From: an uncultured Candidatus Saccharibacteria bacterium
Lineage (GTDB): Bacteria; Patescibacteriota; Minisyncoccia; UBA6257; 2-01-FULL-56-20
Direction: 5' to 3'
Length of the DNA stretch: 64,000 bases
Assembly (NCBI GenBank): GCA_964360585.1
Contig: CAYHXC010000004.1
Location: 15,366 to 79,365, forward strand
The position numbers and the translations under genes are program-made. Positions 38,368 to 47,454 of the stretch are shown here, one piece after another (within the stretch, counting starts at the first letter, position 1; each line of letters begins with the position of its first letter). Under the pieces are notes generated by a model. It worked only from the letters and a program-made list of their open reading frames with translations. It searched no databases and had not been told where the DNA came from.

Positions 38368-39264
38368 ATGCCGGAACTGCCAGAAGTAGAAACGATCAAG
38401 CGTGATTTAGAGAAGAAGATTATAGGGCACACCATTCGCGAAGCGGCAATTTCAGTGCCGAAGATGGTGAGTCCGAAAGATTTACCGAAGCGATTAAAAG
38501 GTTTCCGTGTTCTTGGTGTTTCTCGCCGGGCAAAATTGCTCATTCTCGAAGGAAAATCTGATTTTCTATTATTCCATTTGAAGATGACGGGGCAGATTGT
38601 CTTACGACCCGCCCAAGATTTTTCTATTAAGGATGGCGAGGCTCGCCAAAGGCGGCAGCAAAAACAGATTATTTTCGGCGGCCATCCGATTATTGGACTC
38701 AAGGAATTGCCGAATAAATATACACGGGCGATTTTTTGTTTTACGAATGGGGATATTTTATATTTCAACGATCTACGGAAATTTGGATACATAAAACTTG
38801 TTTCTAAAACCGAGGGAGAAAAGATTTTTGGAAAGTATGGAGTTGAGCCACTCGAGAAAAGTTTTACGCTCGAACATTTTATCGAGCTTATTAAAAAGGC
38901 AAAAACTGCTCGATTGAAACCGTTTCTTTTGAATCAAGAAAAAATTAGTGGTCTCGGGAATATCTACGTCGACGAAGCCTGTTTCTTGGCTGGAGTTCGT
39001 CCGATGCGGAAAGCGAACACCCTCACGCGCAGAGAACAGGAAAAACTGTGGCGAGCAATTAAAACCATTCTAGCCCTCTCCATAAAACATCGTGGAACCT
39101 CATTTAATACCTATATTGATGCCGATGGTTTAACTGGACGATTCTGGAAATATCGCAAAATCTACGGCCGTCGAGGCGAGTTGTGCTTGGTTTGCAAAAC
39201 CCCTATTGTATACACAAAGCTAGTCGGGAGAGGAACGCATTATTGTCCAAAGTGTCAGAAGTAA
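38368..39264 (+). CDS. mutM: formamidopyrimidine-DNA glycosylase
   Basis: N-terminal MPELPEVE, H2TH domain, C-terminal zinc finger CLVCKTPI...CPKCQ. Confidence 0.85.
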   Translation: MPELPEVETIKRDLEKKIIGHTIREAAISVPKMVSPKDLPKRLKGFRVLGVSRRAKLLILEGKSDFLLFHLKMTGQIVLRPAQDFSIKDGEARQRRQQKQIIFGGHPIIGLKELPNKYTRAIFCFTNGDILYFNDLRKFGYIKLVSKTEGEKIFGKYGVEPLEKSFTLEHFIELIKKAKTARLKPFLLNQEKISGLGNIYVDEACFLAGVRPMRKANTLTRREQEKLWRAIKTILALSIKHRGTSFNTYIDADGLTGRFWKYRKIYGRRGELCLVCKTPIVYTKLVGRGTHYCPKCQK

Positions 39265-39304
39265 ACTGATAACTAAAGACTGATAACTTATAACCCATGA
39301 CGAT

Positions 39305-39432
39305 AAATCCGAAATTCGAATATCGAAACTCGAAACAAACACGGAAATGTTCAAATCCTACAAGTTTAAAATTTTGTGTTTTGGGGCTTCGGTCATTGTT
39401 TCGGATTTCGAGCTTAGGATTTCGTGTTTTAC
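39305..39432. repeat. MITE-like TCGAAA-rich element, copy 2
   Basis: ATCCGAAATTCGAATATCGAAACTCGAAACAA ... TTGTTTCGGATTTCGAGCTTAGGATTTCGTG. Confidence 0.55.
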
Positions 39433-39471
39433 GACCAGTCACTATCCACTAACCCCTAATCACCATTCGCT

Positions 39472-40248
39472 ATGATCCTCTTTCTCAATGGTCCTGATGA
39501 TTATCGTCGCGAAGAGCGCAAGCGATTTTTGATCGACCAGTTTCTTAAAAAATATCCAGGGAGTAGTATCGAGCGATTTTCAGCCGATTCCAAAGAGGGA
39601 AGGGAGAAATTCCATGAGTTTACAATTTCACCTTCGCTTTTTGGAGATAAGCGTTTAGCCTTATTAGATGATCTTTTTGAAACTGATGATGCGGCACTAA
39701 TGAAAGATTTAAAGAACGTTTTAGAGAATCCGCTCATTTGGGTTTTTATTTCGGAACGAGAAAAGATTCCGGCGGCCTATAAATTTCTCCTCAAAAAACC
39801 AGTGACTGCGGAAGAGTATCCGTTTCTTGAAGAGGGGAAGTGGCGTGAGTTTATATCGACGGAATCGAAAAAACGTGGACTTACTCTAAATTCCGAGGCT
39901 ATGAATATTTTCCTTTCCTACTATAAAGATGACACCTGGCGACTCATTACTGAACTGGATCGGTTGTCTTCAAAAAAAGGAGCTATTCAAAAACAGGATG
40001 CTCAGCTGGAGAAGGGAAAAGGTTTCAATCTTTGGGGGATGCTGAATCAATTGAAGGGATCTTCTCGCCCACAGCGTCTGGCGGCTTTGGAAAGGATTCT
40101 CGGGAATGGTGAGCCGGCGGCGAAGATTTTCAATATTCTTGCGACCCAGGCAGGGAGTAGGGTGCAGGAGTTCGCTGATTGGGATGTGCAGATAAAATCG
40201 GGAAAGTTGGAGTACGAAGAAGTATTGTTGGAGTTTGTTTTAAAATAA
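39472..40248 (+). CDS. holA: DNA polymerase III delta subunit-like (HolA)
   Basis: N-terminal LFLNGPDDY, clamp-loader delta architecture, W...L...ELDRL motif. Confidence 0.5.
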   Translation: MILFLNGPDDYRREERKRFLIDQFLKKYPGSSIERFSADSKEGREKFHEFTISPSLFGDKRLALLDDLFETDDAALMKDLKNVLENPLIWVFISEREKIPAAYKFLLKKPVTAEEYPFLEEGKWREFISTESKKRGLTLNSEAMNIFLSYYKDDTWRLITELDRLSSKKGAIQKQDAQLEKGKGFNLWGMLNQLKGSSRPQRLAALERILGNGEPAAKIFNILATQAGSRVQEFADWDVQIKSGKLEYEEVLLEFVLK

Positions 40249-40266
40249 GGATGAGCTATTTGTTTT

Positions 40267-40361
40267 GTCATTGCGAGCGAAGTCGAGTTTAACTCGAAGA
40301 AGCGCGGCAATCTAAGAATATATTCAAGAGATTGCCACGTCACTCCGCTCCTCGCAATGAC
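40267..40361. repeat. GTCATTGCGAG...CTCGCAATGAC structured repeat, copy 2
   Basis: perfect 11-bp terminal inverted repeats; internal hairpins CGAGTTTAACTCGA and GGCAATCT...AGATTGCC. Confidence 0.7.
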
Positions 40362-40422
40362 AATAATACGTAGCGATCAAAAAACGGCCATAGGCCGTTC
40401 TGTGTTTTCTATTCCCTAACCA

Positions 40423-40683
40423 CTAAACCCTAGCCACTGCCCGAGACAGTCTGGATTTCAGGCGACTGGCAGTATTTTTGGTAATCGTATTCCGCTTGGC
40501 GGCTTTGTCGAGAATCTGGAAAACTCCCGGCAGTTTTTCTTTGGCTTTGGTAAAGTCTTTGGCGGTGACGAGCTTACGATATTCCTTAACCGCCTTCTTA
40601 TAGGCTTCTTTGGTTTTAACGTTGCGCGCCTTGTTTGTCTTATTTTGACGGAGGGCTTTTTTAGCCGATGATGTTCTTGGCAT
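40423..40683 (-). CDS. rpsT: 30S ribosomal protein S20
   Basis: 86 aa, SAKKALRQNKTNKARN signature. Confidence 0.85.
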   Translation of the reverse strand: MPRTSSAKKALRQNKTNKARNVKTKEAYKKAVKEYRKLVTAKDFTKAKEKLPGVFQILDKAAKRNTITKNTASRLKSRLSRAVARV

Positions 40684-40838
40684 TGAGGGTAGGGGTTAGT
40701 GATTAGTGGATAGGGTATAGGGAAATGCGATTCCTAATGGGAAATAGTGTATGGGAAATCAAGGAAAGAGTCAATCCTTCGGTGAAGCTCAGGACAGGCT
40801 GGATTATAGAAATAAAAAAGCCACACCGTGAAGTGTGA

Positions 40839-41222
40839 CTAAGGGGATGCTTTGCGGCAGACGAGGGCGAAAATATCTTCGCCGGCGGTTAAGGAGCTCT
40901 CTTTAAGGATGACGACTCCTTTACTTTTTTCAACGAGTTTTTTTCTGGCCAGGGCGACTGCGTGGATACGGGGTTTGTATTTGGCGACAAGTTCTTCGGC
41001 CTCAGTCAGTAGGAGGAGTGATAGAAAAAGAACAGTCATAAGTCCCGCTTCTTTTTCCGCTTCAGCCACGGCCTCTTCGGTAGTCGCAACCACTCTCACT
41101 TCCGAAAAACACGTTTGTCCTAAAGGGAGGGAGTCGAAGAGACTTTTGATGTCACTGGCCATCACCTCGCCTAAACCAAGCGATTTTCGATCTGTAATTA
41201 TAATGAGTGGCTCTTGAGTCAT
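40839..41222 (-). CDS. hypothetical protein
   Basis: 127 aa; terminator hairpin CACACCGTGAAGTGTG downstream at 40810-40838. Confidence 0.4.
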   Translation of the reverse strand: MTQEPLIIITDRKSLGLGEVMASDIKSLFDSLPLGQTCFSEVRVVATTEEAVAEAEKEAGLMTVLFLSLLLLTEAEELVAKYKPRIHAVALARKKLVEKSKGVVILKESSLTAGEDIFALVCRKASP

Positions 41223-41407
41223 GCCACCTCCTTATCGAGATACTACTCATTTTGTACTATGGCTGTCCTGAAGCGTCAATGAATCCTTCGGCCACCTCGA
41301 CGGTTTTGACAAACTCGCCGCTCGGGACAAGCAAGTTCCCTGGCCGGGCAGGCAGGACAAGTAGTTAGTGAATAAAAAAGCCGAGCTCGGGTGAGCTCAG
41401 CTTGGAT

Positions 41408-41782
41408 TTAGTGACGACGGATGAGGTCGAAGGACAGTGCTCCTTCTGGAGCGGGGATCACGACCACTCCAGGAATGCGTTTCAATGGCGGGCGACTGAC
41501 GAGCACGATCCGAACACGAGACGAGGAAACGAGACGCGCAAGAATCTCCGCCTGATGTGCGAACGAATTTGGTAAAAAAAGGACGGTGATTTGCCTCGGT
41601 TCATGCCAGACCATCTCTAAGATGTTTCCCGGTGTTGAGCGAACCCAAACGACTTCGGAGAATCCCGTCGCGATTTGTTCCTCGGGCGAAAGATCAGAAA
41701 ATCGGTCGACTAGTTCCGTTGCGGTATTGTCGGCTGCCCCGTGAAGGTCATTGTTTGCGACAATGAGCAGATCTCCATTCAT
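41408..41782 (-). CDS. hypothetical protein
   Basis: 124 aa; hairpin GAGCTCGGGTGAGCTC downstream. Confidence 0.4.
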   Translation of the reverse strand: MNGDLLIVANNDLHGAADNTATELVDRFSDLSPEEQIATGFSEVVWVRSTPGNILEMVWHEPRQITVLFLPNSFAHQAEILARLVSSSRVRIVLVSRPPLKRIPGVVVIPAPEGALSFDLIRRH

Positions 41783-41815
41783 ATAGTGGCCTCCTTATCG
41801 GTTTCGACTGACTTA

Positions 41816-42241
41816 CTAGTCTGGAAGTGTGATGCCGTTGTGGGCTAGTACCTGGGCCATGGCCTCTATGGTTCTGTGCCCAATCCTGTTATTGCGGATC
41901 TTTCGGAGACCATCTTTTCTTAACAGCAGCAAATCGCGTATGGTTGGAATGCTGGGAACACGTTTCTCAAATGGACTCCAAAGACTTGAGATCGCGGAGA
42001 ACCTTCTTCTTACGGGTACTCCCGCATCAATAAAACGCCCTTTGGTGAAAAAATCTTGCAGAGACATGTCCAGGAAATGTGTGGAAGCAACCTCCTGTAT
42101 GACCGTGGATATGTTCCGAATTGCAAGTGTGAAGACGACCTGCTCTTGAGGTCCAAGGATCCTTTCGGTCTCAGCCCATCGTTCGAGATCCGCTTGAATT
42201 TGGGTAGCCTTACTTTGGAGGAACTCATCCCTGTTAGGCAT
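41816..42241 (-). CDS. hypothetical protein with HhH-like segment
   Basis: IRDLLLLRKDGLRKIRNNRIGHRTIEAMAQVLAHNGITL resembles RNAP alpha-CTD-type helix-hairpin-helix. Confidence 0.3.
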   Translation of the reverse strand: MPNRDEFLQSKATQIQADLERWAETERILGPQEQVVFTLAIRNISTVIQEVASTHFLDMSLQDFFTKGRFIDAGVPVRRRFSAISSLWSPFEKRVPSIPTIRDLLLLRKDGLRKIRNNRIGHRTIEAMAQVLAHNGITLPD

Positions 42242-42333
42242 TAGATTCCTTTCTTTGCTAACTATTGAATACTATATTTGCAATTTTCTGTCAATGAAGT
42301 GGGAACCTTTCGACTCTCTGGTATAATAAGCCG

Positions 42334-42924
42334 GTGATATATAGTCTCTCGGGAAAAATTAAAAGCAAAGAAGGAAACGTGGTGGTTTTAGAGACGGGCG
42401 GCGTGGGATTCAAATTTCTCGCTAGTCATCAGACGATCAAGGCATTGCCAGCGGTGGGGCATGATGCCTTTGTTTATTCGCGACTCTATGTTCGGGATGA
42501 TAGTTTGGAGCTCTATGGTTTTGCGACGGCTGAAGAAATGGAGTTTTTCGAAATGCTTATTTCTGTTTCCGGTGTCGGACCAAAGTCTGCCATCGCGATC
42601 TTGGGTGTTTCCGATATGAGTTCGCTGGCGGCGGCGATCAAAGAAGGTCGGCCGGATTTGTTAACGCGGGTATCGGGCGTCGGGCGAAAAACTGCCGAAC
42701 GGATCATTGTGGAACTGAAGTCGAAAGTGAAGGCCGAACACGCGACGAAAGTTGTCGAAGGAATGGATTCCGATTCTGATGTGGTGGAGATGCTGGTTGG
42801 TTTGGGATATCGAAAAGAGCAGGTGGTGAACGTTTTGCGGGCGTTACCTGAAACGGTGACGAGCGTGGAGATGAAAGTGAAACAAGCGTTAAAGATTTTA
42901 GGTAATAAATCATCAAATGGATAA
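42334..42924 (+). CDS. ruvA: Holliday junction DNA helicase RuvA
   Basis: OB fold N-terminus, tandem HhH motifs LISVSGVGPKSAIAIL / VSGVGRKTAERII. Confidence 0.85.
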   Translation: MIYSLSGKIKSKEGNVVVLETGGVGFKFLASHQTIKALPAVGHDAFVYSRLYVRDDSLELYGFATAEEMEFFEMLISVSGVGPKSAIAILGVSDMSSLAAAIKEGRPDLLTRVSGVGRKTAERIIVELKSKVKAEHATKVVEGMDSDSDVVEMLVGLGYRKEQVVNVLRALPETVTSVEMKVKQALKILGNKSSNG

Positions 42925-43019
42925 AAAACACTGGTGGTTAGTAGTACTGGTTTTTGTTTCATTGGGTATAATTCTCATAGTAAAGTTGCTCTATGGATTT
43001 TGGTTAACTGGATAAAATT

Positions 43020-44366
43020 ATGAAACTAACATTTTGTGGCGGAGCGCAGGTGGTGACGGGTGCAAACTATTTATTGGAGTCAGAGGGCAAAAAAATATTA
43101 ATTGACTGTGGCCTGGAGCAGGGAGGATCATTTGTCGAAGGCAGAAACTTTAATCCATTTCCCTATAATCCGGCCGAGATCGAAGCAGTTTTTATTACGC
43201 ACGCCCATATTGATCACACCGGACTTCTGCCAAAACTCTATCGCGATGGATTTCGAGGGAAAGTGTATTCTACAGAACCGACACGAGAGTTTGCCGAACT
43301 GCTTCTCCTTGATTCGGAACATATCTTAACCGCGGAGGCGGAGCGACATGGTAAAGCCCCTTTGTATGAAACGCAGGATATTGAAGGAATAGTAAAGCTG
43401 TGGGAAGGCCTGAAATATCATCACAAAACCACCGTCGGTCCTTTTGTTATAGAATTTTTTGATGCCGGCCATATCTTGGGTTCGGCATTTATTCGCGTGA
43501 CGGCCGAAGGAAAAAAGGTAGTATTCTCGGGCGATCTCGGAAATTTTCCGGCGCCGATTATCCGGCCCACAGAATTTATTGATGACGCGGATTATTGTCT
43601 CATCGAGTCTACTTATGGTGGACGTGTCCACGAATCATCGGATCAGCGAAAGGTATCTCTCGAGCGAGCGATTGAGGATACAGTCAGAGCTGGTGGTGTA
43701 CTTTTGATTCCGGCCTTTGCCATGGAACGGACACAGGACCTTATCTATCAATTAAACGATTTAGTAGAAGCTGGCCGGGTGCCACGAATTCCGATCTATA
43801 TCGATAGTCCGTTGGCGATTAAACTCACCCTCGTCTACAAAAAATATGAGAACTACTTTAATGAAGAGGCCAGAGAGCAGATCCACGATGGCGATGATAT
43901 TTTAAATTTCCCCGGACTCCATTTTACGCTCACGACCGAAGAATCAAAAGCAATCAACTTTGCGCCAGCGCCGAAGATGGTGGTGGCTGGTTCGGGTATG
44001 TCGCATGGCGGCCGCATCTTGCATCACGAGATTCGCTACCTATCGGATCCTAAGAATATGCTTTTGATTATTGGATATCAGGCAAGTGGTTCAATGGGTC
44101 GGCGAGTGCTTGATGGGGCGAAATCGGTCAGGATTTTTGGAGAAGAGGTGCCGGTGCGCTGTCAGGTGCGATCAGCGACTGCATTTTCTGCTCACGCCGA
44201 TCAACCGCGACTGTTAGCTTGGCTTGAACCAATGAAAGCGAAACTGAAAAAGGTGTTTATTGTGCAGGGCGAGGAAGATCAGGCCAAAGCCTTAGAGACA
44301 AAAGTACGCGAGGAGTTGAAGCTTGAGGCGACTGTTCCGAAGATGGGGGATACAGTGGAACTTTAG
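43020..44366 (+). CDS. MBL-fold beta-CASP family ribonuclease
   Basis: HxHxDH motif HAHIDHTG, beta-CASP and RNA-metabolising MBL C-terminal domain; 448 aa. Confidence 0.7.
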   Translation: MKLTFCGGAQVVTGANYLLESEGKKILIDCGLEQGGSFVEGRNFNPFPYNPAEIEAVFITHAHIDHTGLLPKLYRDGFRGKVYSTEPTREFAELLLLDSEHILTAEAERHGKAPLYETQDIEGIVKLWEGLKYHHKTTVGPFVIEFFDAGHILGSAFIRVTAEGKKVVFSGDLGNFPAPIIRPTEFIDDADYCLIESTYGGRVHESSDQRKVSLERAIEDTVRAGGVLLIPAFAMERTQDLIYQLNDLVEAGRVPRIPIYIDSPLAIKLTLVYKKYENYFNEEAREQIHDGDDILNFPGLHFTLTTEESKAINFAPAPKMVVAGSGMSHGGRILHHEIRYLSDPKNMLLIIGYQASGSMGRRVLDGAKSVRIFGEEVPVRCQVRSATAFSAHADQPRLLAWLEPMKAKLKKVFIVQGEEDQAKALETKVREELKLEATVPKMGDTVEL

Positions 44367-44399
44367 TCCTCGTCCACTTCCCGAGTATACTTATTATAT

Positions 44400-45509
44400 A
44401 TGCCTGCTCTTTACTCGCCTTTTTTCTTTCGCGGCGCGGCCATGGTTATTGCGGCCACGATGGGCGTGGGAATTTTTGCTTTACCCTATGTCGTCGCGGA
44501 AGCTGGCTGGCTCACCAGCTTTTGCTATCTCGTTTTCGTAATTGCGATCACGGTTCAGACGCACAACTGGTACTGGCGCGTGCTTCAAAAAGCGGAAGGA
44601 CAGCGGCTTTTAGGTTTGATTGGGCGACACGGTGGGCGCGTTTTATTTTTCATTGCGTTCCTTTCTATTGTTGTCGGTTTACTTTTAGTCTTGGCGACGT
44701 ATCTCGTTTTAGCCGGATCGTTTTTCAATTTACTTTTCCCCGGACAAGAAAAAATTATCGGCGTGATGATTATTTGGCTTCTGGGATCGTTGCCGCTTTT
44801 AGCCGGCGTGCGACGACTGACGATCCTCGAATCCCTGGGAGCGTTGGCTACATTTTTTATACTTCTCGGACTCTTCTCTCACGCGTTGTGGCAGGGCGGG
44901 CAGTTTCCGGCAGTTCCGGCCGCGACCGCTAATTTTTTCCTGCCATTCGGACCGCTCCTTTTTGCGCTCGCAGGTTGGACGGCGCTTGAACCGATTTACG
45001 ATACCGAGGAGCGGAAAAAAGCGGGCGATGGTTTTCGGGGAGTGGCCTGGGGAACGGTTCTCGCCGGATTTTTCTATGTTGTTTTCGTGACTTCCATATT
45101 TCTTCTGACCTCCGAAATTTCTTCAGACACCATCTCGAGTCTTTCACTTTGGCCTGGCTGGGAGCGCATTCTTTTAAGTTTCTTTGGACTTCTCTTGATC
45201 ACGAACGCCTATATTCCCATCGCCTGGGAAGTGCATACGGCTCTCGAAAAAGATTTATATCTCGGCCGATGGGCGTTTGTCGTGCCGATGGTTGTGCCGC
45301 TCGGTTTGTTTTTAATGGGGTTGAATAGTTTTTTCTTACTCGTCAGTTTGGTCGGTGGATTGTTCTTGAGTCTACAGTATTTAGGAATCGTTTTTGTTTC
45401 TTCGCGAGTACTGGTCTTTTCTAAAAAAGAAAAGATTCTAGCCACTATTATCGCCTTCGTTTTCGCCCTCGCCGCTTTCTATGAGGCGTTGTCGTTCTTG
45501 CTGCGTTAA
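44400..45509 (+). CDS. amino acid permease-like membrane protein
   Basis: ~11 TM helices; N-terminal motif ATMGVGIFALPYVVAEAGW similar to Aa_trans/tyrosine-tryptophan permeases. Confidence 0.5.
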   Translation: MPALYSPFFFRGAAMVIAATMGVGIFALPYVVAEAGWLTSFCYLVFVIAITVQTHNWYWRVLQKAEGQRLLGLIGRHGGRVLFFIAFLSIVVGLLLVLATYLVLAGSFFNLLFPGQEKIIGVMIIWLLGSLPLLAGVRRLTILESLGALATFFILLGLFSHALWQGGQFPAVPAATANFFLPFGPLLFALAGWTALEPIYDTEERKKAGDGFRGVAWGTVLAGFFYVVFVTSIFLLTSEISSDTISSLSLWPGWERILLSFFGLLLITNAYIPIAWEVHTALEKDLYLGRWAFVVPMVVPLGLFLMGLNSFFLLVSLVGGLFLSLQYLGIVFVSSRVLVFSKKEKILATIIAFVFALAAFYEALSFLLR

Positions 45510-46435
45510 AGGTTGTCACTAGGATTTGATTGGGCGATCAGCTCATCTACGGAAAGAGGGTACATAGAGTCAATCATTTTTACTACTTCTTGTATTTGAT
45601 AATCAGTGAGTGAAGTGTTTTTAGTGGGAGAAAATTTGAATACGATTACGGTATTTTCTATCGCAGTTGCTAAATTAGGCGTCCGAACAAAGGTTGAAGA
45701 ATAACGATATGTCGGGTATGCTTTCTTTTCATACTGATACACCGAGAAACCCTTGTCTGTTTTGGCAACCAATGCGCATTGATCTCGGCCTAAATCAAAA
45801 TTCCCTTCCAAATATACATAAGGGCAGTCGCCATCTTTTCTAAGTACGCCTTCACGAATTTCCATTCCCATATTGCTATTGCTTGGATCCAAAATCAGAG
45901 CTGAGATTTCGGGTGTCTCATCTGTGAAAAAATAATCTCGAATCGTATACGACAGAGACTCAGTTTCGGGTGGCGCGTAGATGGCTCGATATACTGTAAA
46001 GGGTAGCTGGCGCAGTGTTGCTTCTACCTGAGCTTGATGTTTCTTCTTGCCAATCTCCTCGTCTGCTTTCGCCGAAGTATCTAACTGGCGTAACAGAAGC
46101 GAGCTTGAGATAACAGTGACCACAATGGTGAGAATAAAAACAACAATGTCCAAAATAAGATCATTTTGAATACGTAGTACTTTGGGAGCGATAAATTGGC
46201 GCAGAAATATATATAGAAAAATACTAACTATAGTGCCAGCAGAGAAGATAAAAATACCTATAAAGGCGGCAAATCCTCCGACTTTGCAAAAAGTGTCACT
46301 CCAGCCTTCTCCTAAACAGGACAGAGATCTTAGAAAGAAAAAAATATAGAACACTACTAGTGTACCACCGATTACTCCCATAAGAGATACAGGCCACCAG
46401 AATGGCCGGAACATCTTTTTAAGCGTTTCTTTCAT
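45506..46435 (-). CDS. hypothetical membrane protein
   Basis: 4 N-terminal TM helices then soluble domain. Confidence 0.4.
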   Translation of the reverse strand: MKETLKKMFRPFWWPVSLMGVIGGTLVVFYIFFFLRSLSCLGEGWSDTFCKVGGFAAFIGIFIFSAGTIVSIFLYIFLRQFIAPKVLRIQNDLILDIVVFILTIVVTVISSSLLLRQLDTSAKADEEIGKKKHQAQVEATLRQLPFTVYRAIYAPPETESLSYTIRDYFFTDETPEISALILDPSNSNMGMEIREGVLRKDGDCPYVYLEGNFDLGRDQCALVAKTDKGFSVYQYEKKAYPTYRYSSTFVRTPNLATAIENTVIVFKFSPTKNTSLTDYQIQEVVKMIDSMYPLSVDELIAQSNPSDNL

Positions 46436-46628
46436 CTTTATATAATACTATAAAAAACGAGGACTTGTTTTCTGTACCCGCTCCACTTTAAAATGCTAGT
46501 TTTTTGTTTCTGTATAAACATAAAGTCTGCGCCTTTCTTTTTTTCTCCGTGCCCTCGGCAGGAATCCCCGCCTGCGCCAAGGCTTCGGCGGGCAGGGAAC
46601 CTGCATCTCAAACTCCCTCCCATGAATG

Positions 46629-46702
46629 TGTCTCCGGGCCGACTTGAACGGCCAGTCTTTGGCTTCGGAGGCCAACGTGTTATCCAATTACACTACGGAG
46701 AC
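46629..46702 (-). tRNA. tRNA-Arg (anticodon CCG)
   Basis: manual cloverleaf: acceptor GTCTCCG/CGGAGAC, D stem GTGT/ACAC, anticodon loop CUCCGAA, T arm GGCCG-TTCAAGT-CGGCC. Confidence 0.75.
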
Positions 46703-46905
46703 ATTTCAGAATCCTAGCCATTGCCTGTCCGTCCGAAGTTCCGTTTTGGCGGAATGAAGGAGGAAACGACGAGGGCGTTCCTTCGCGTAAAGCTTCGGGT
46801 GGGCAAGCGATGACTCACAAACTATACCCATCTTCTTCTGTTTTCTCAAATAAAAAACCGCGTACCTCGGGTGAGGTCGCGGCGGTTTGCGATGCGGAAA
46901 GAACT

Positions 46906-47229
46906 TCAGTCGTTGTCGGGCGACCAGGGGATCTCGGATCCGTCCGGTTGGATGAAGATCGTTGTCCCCGGAATGAGCCGGCAGGCTTTCTCGAAATCAA
47001 CGTTGTAACGATGTTTCATCGTACGACGTGTCTCGGGACCACAGCTGCCGTCGGTGTCGATTCCGTTCCTTGCTTGGAGTTGGGACATAGCACCGGCAGT
47101 GACGTCTCCATAGTTGCCGTCGAACACGATGTCCTTTCCGTAGCCTGCTCCGCAGGCTACGAGTTGGGGAATCAGAGTGTGAGGACCTTTCGATCCTTTT
47201 TCCATGAATGGCGGAATCGGTTGCGCCAT
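46906..47229 (-). CDS. peptidoglycan-binding domain (PG_binding_1) protein
   Basis: FDGNYGDVTAGAMSQLQARNGIDTDGSCGPETRRTM; GC-rich; the longer ORF start lies inside repeat 47303-47401, so internal Met chosen. Confidence 0.45.
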   Translation of the reverse strand: MAQPIPPFMEKGSKGPHTLIPQLVACGAGYGKDIVFDGNYGDVTAGAMSQLQARNGIDTDGSCGPETRRTMKHRYNVDFEKACRLIPGTTIFIQPDGSEIPWSPDND

Positions 47230-47302
47230 ACTTTCGAATCCTCCTGGCACGTTTTTAGCATATTCATTATTCCTTTGTCCAGAAAATGAAAAAGCAATGG
47301 AT

Positions 47303-47401
47303 GTCATTGCGAGGAGCTCCGGCAACCGCCGGAGCGACGTGGCAATCTTTTTTAGATCGCCACGCTACGTCGAGTTGAACTCGACTACGCTCGCGATGAC
47401 A
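47303..47401. repeat. GTCATTGCGAG...CTCGCGATGAC structured repeat, copy 3
   Basis: inverted termini plus internal hairpins GTGGCAATCT...AGATCGCCAC and CGAGTTGAACTCGA. Confidence 0.7.
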
Positions 47402-47413
47402 TATGGAAAGTAA

Positions 47414-47449
47414 AGGGGAGAAAAACCGCCACTGGCGGTTTTTCTCCCC
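47414..47449. terminator. strong bidirectional rho-independent terminator after rpsA
   Basis: GGGGAGAAAAACCGCCACTGGCGGTTTTTCTCCCC. Confidence 0.8.
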
Positions 47450-47454
47450 TTTAC

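Noticed and set aside
38316-38792. 158-aa minus-strand ORF antisense to mutM
   Set aside because: Fully contained in the well-supported Fpg gene and has no motif.
46545-46625. Possible second tRNA or tmRNA-like structure adjacent to tRNA-Arg(CCG)
   Set aside because: Several GC hairpins (GCAGG..CCTGC, CCCGCC..GGCGGG) but no acceptor/D/anticodon/T cloverleaf could be built.
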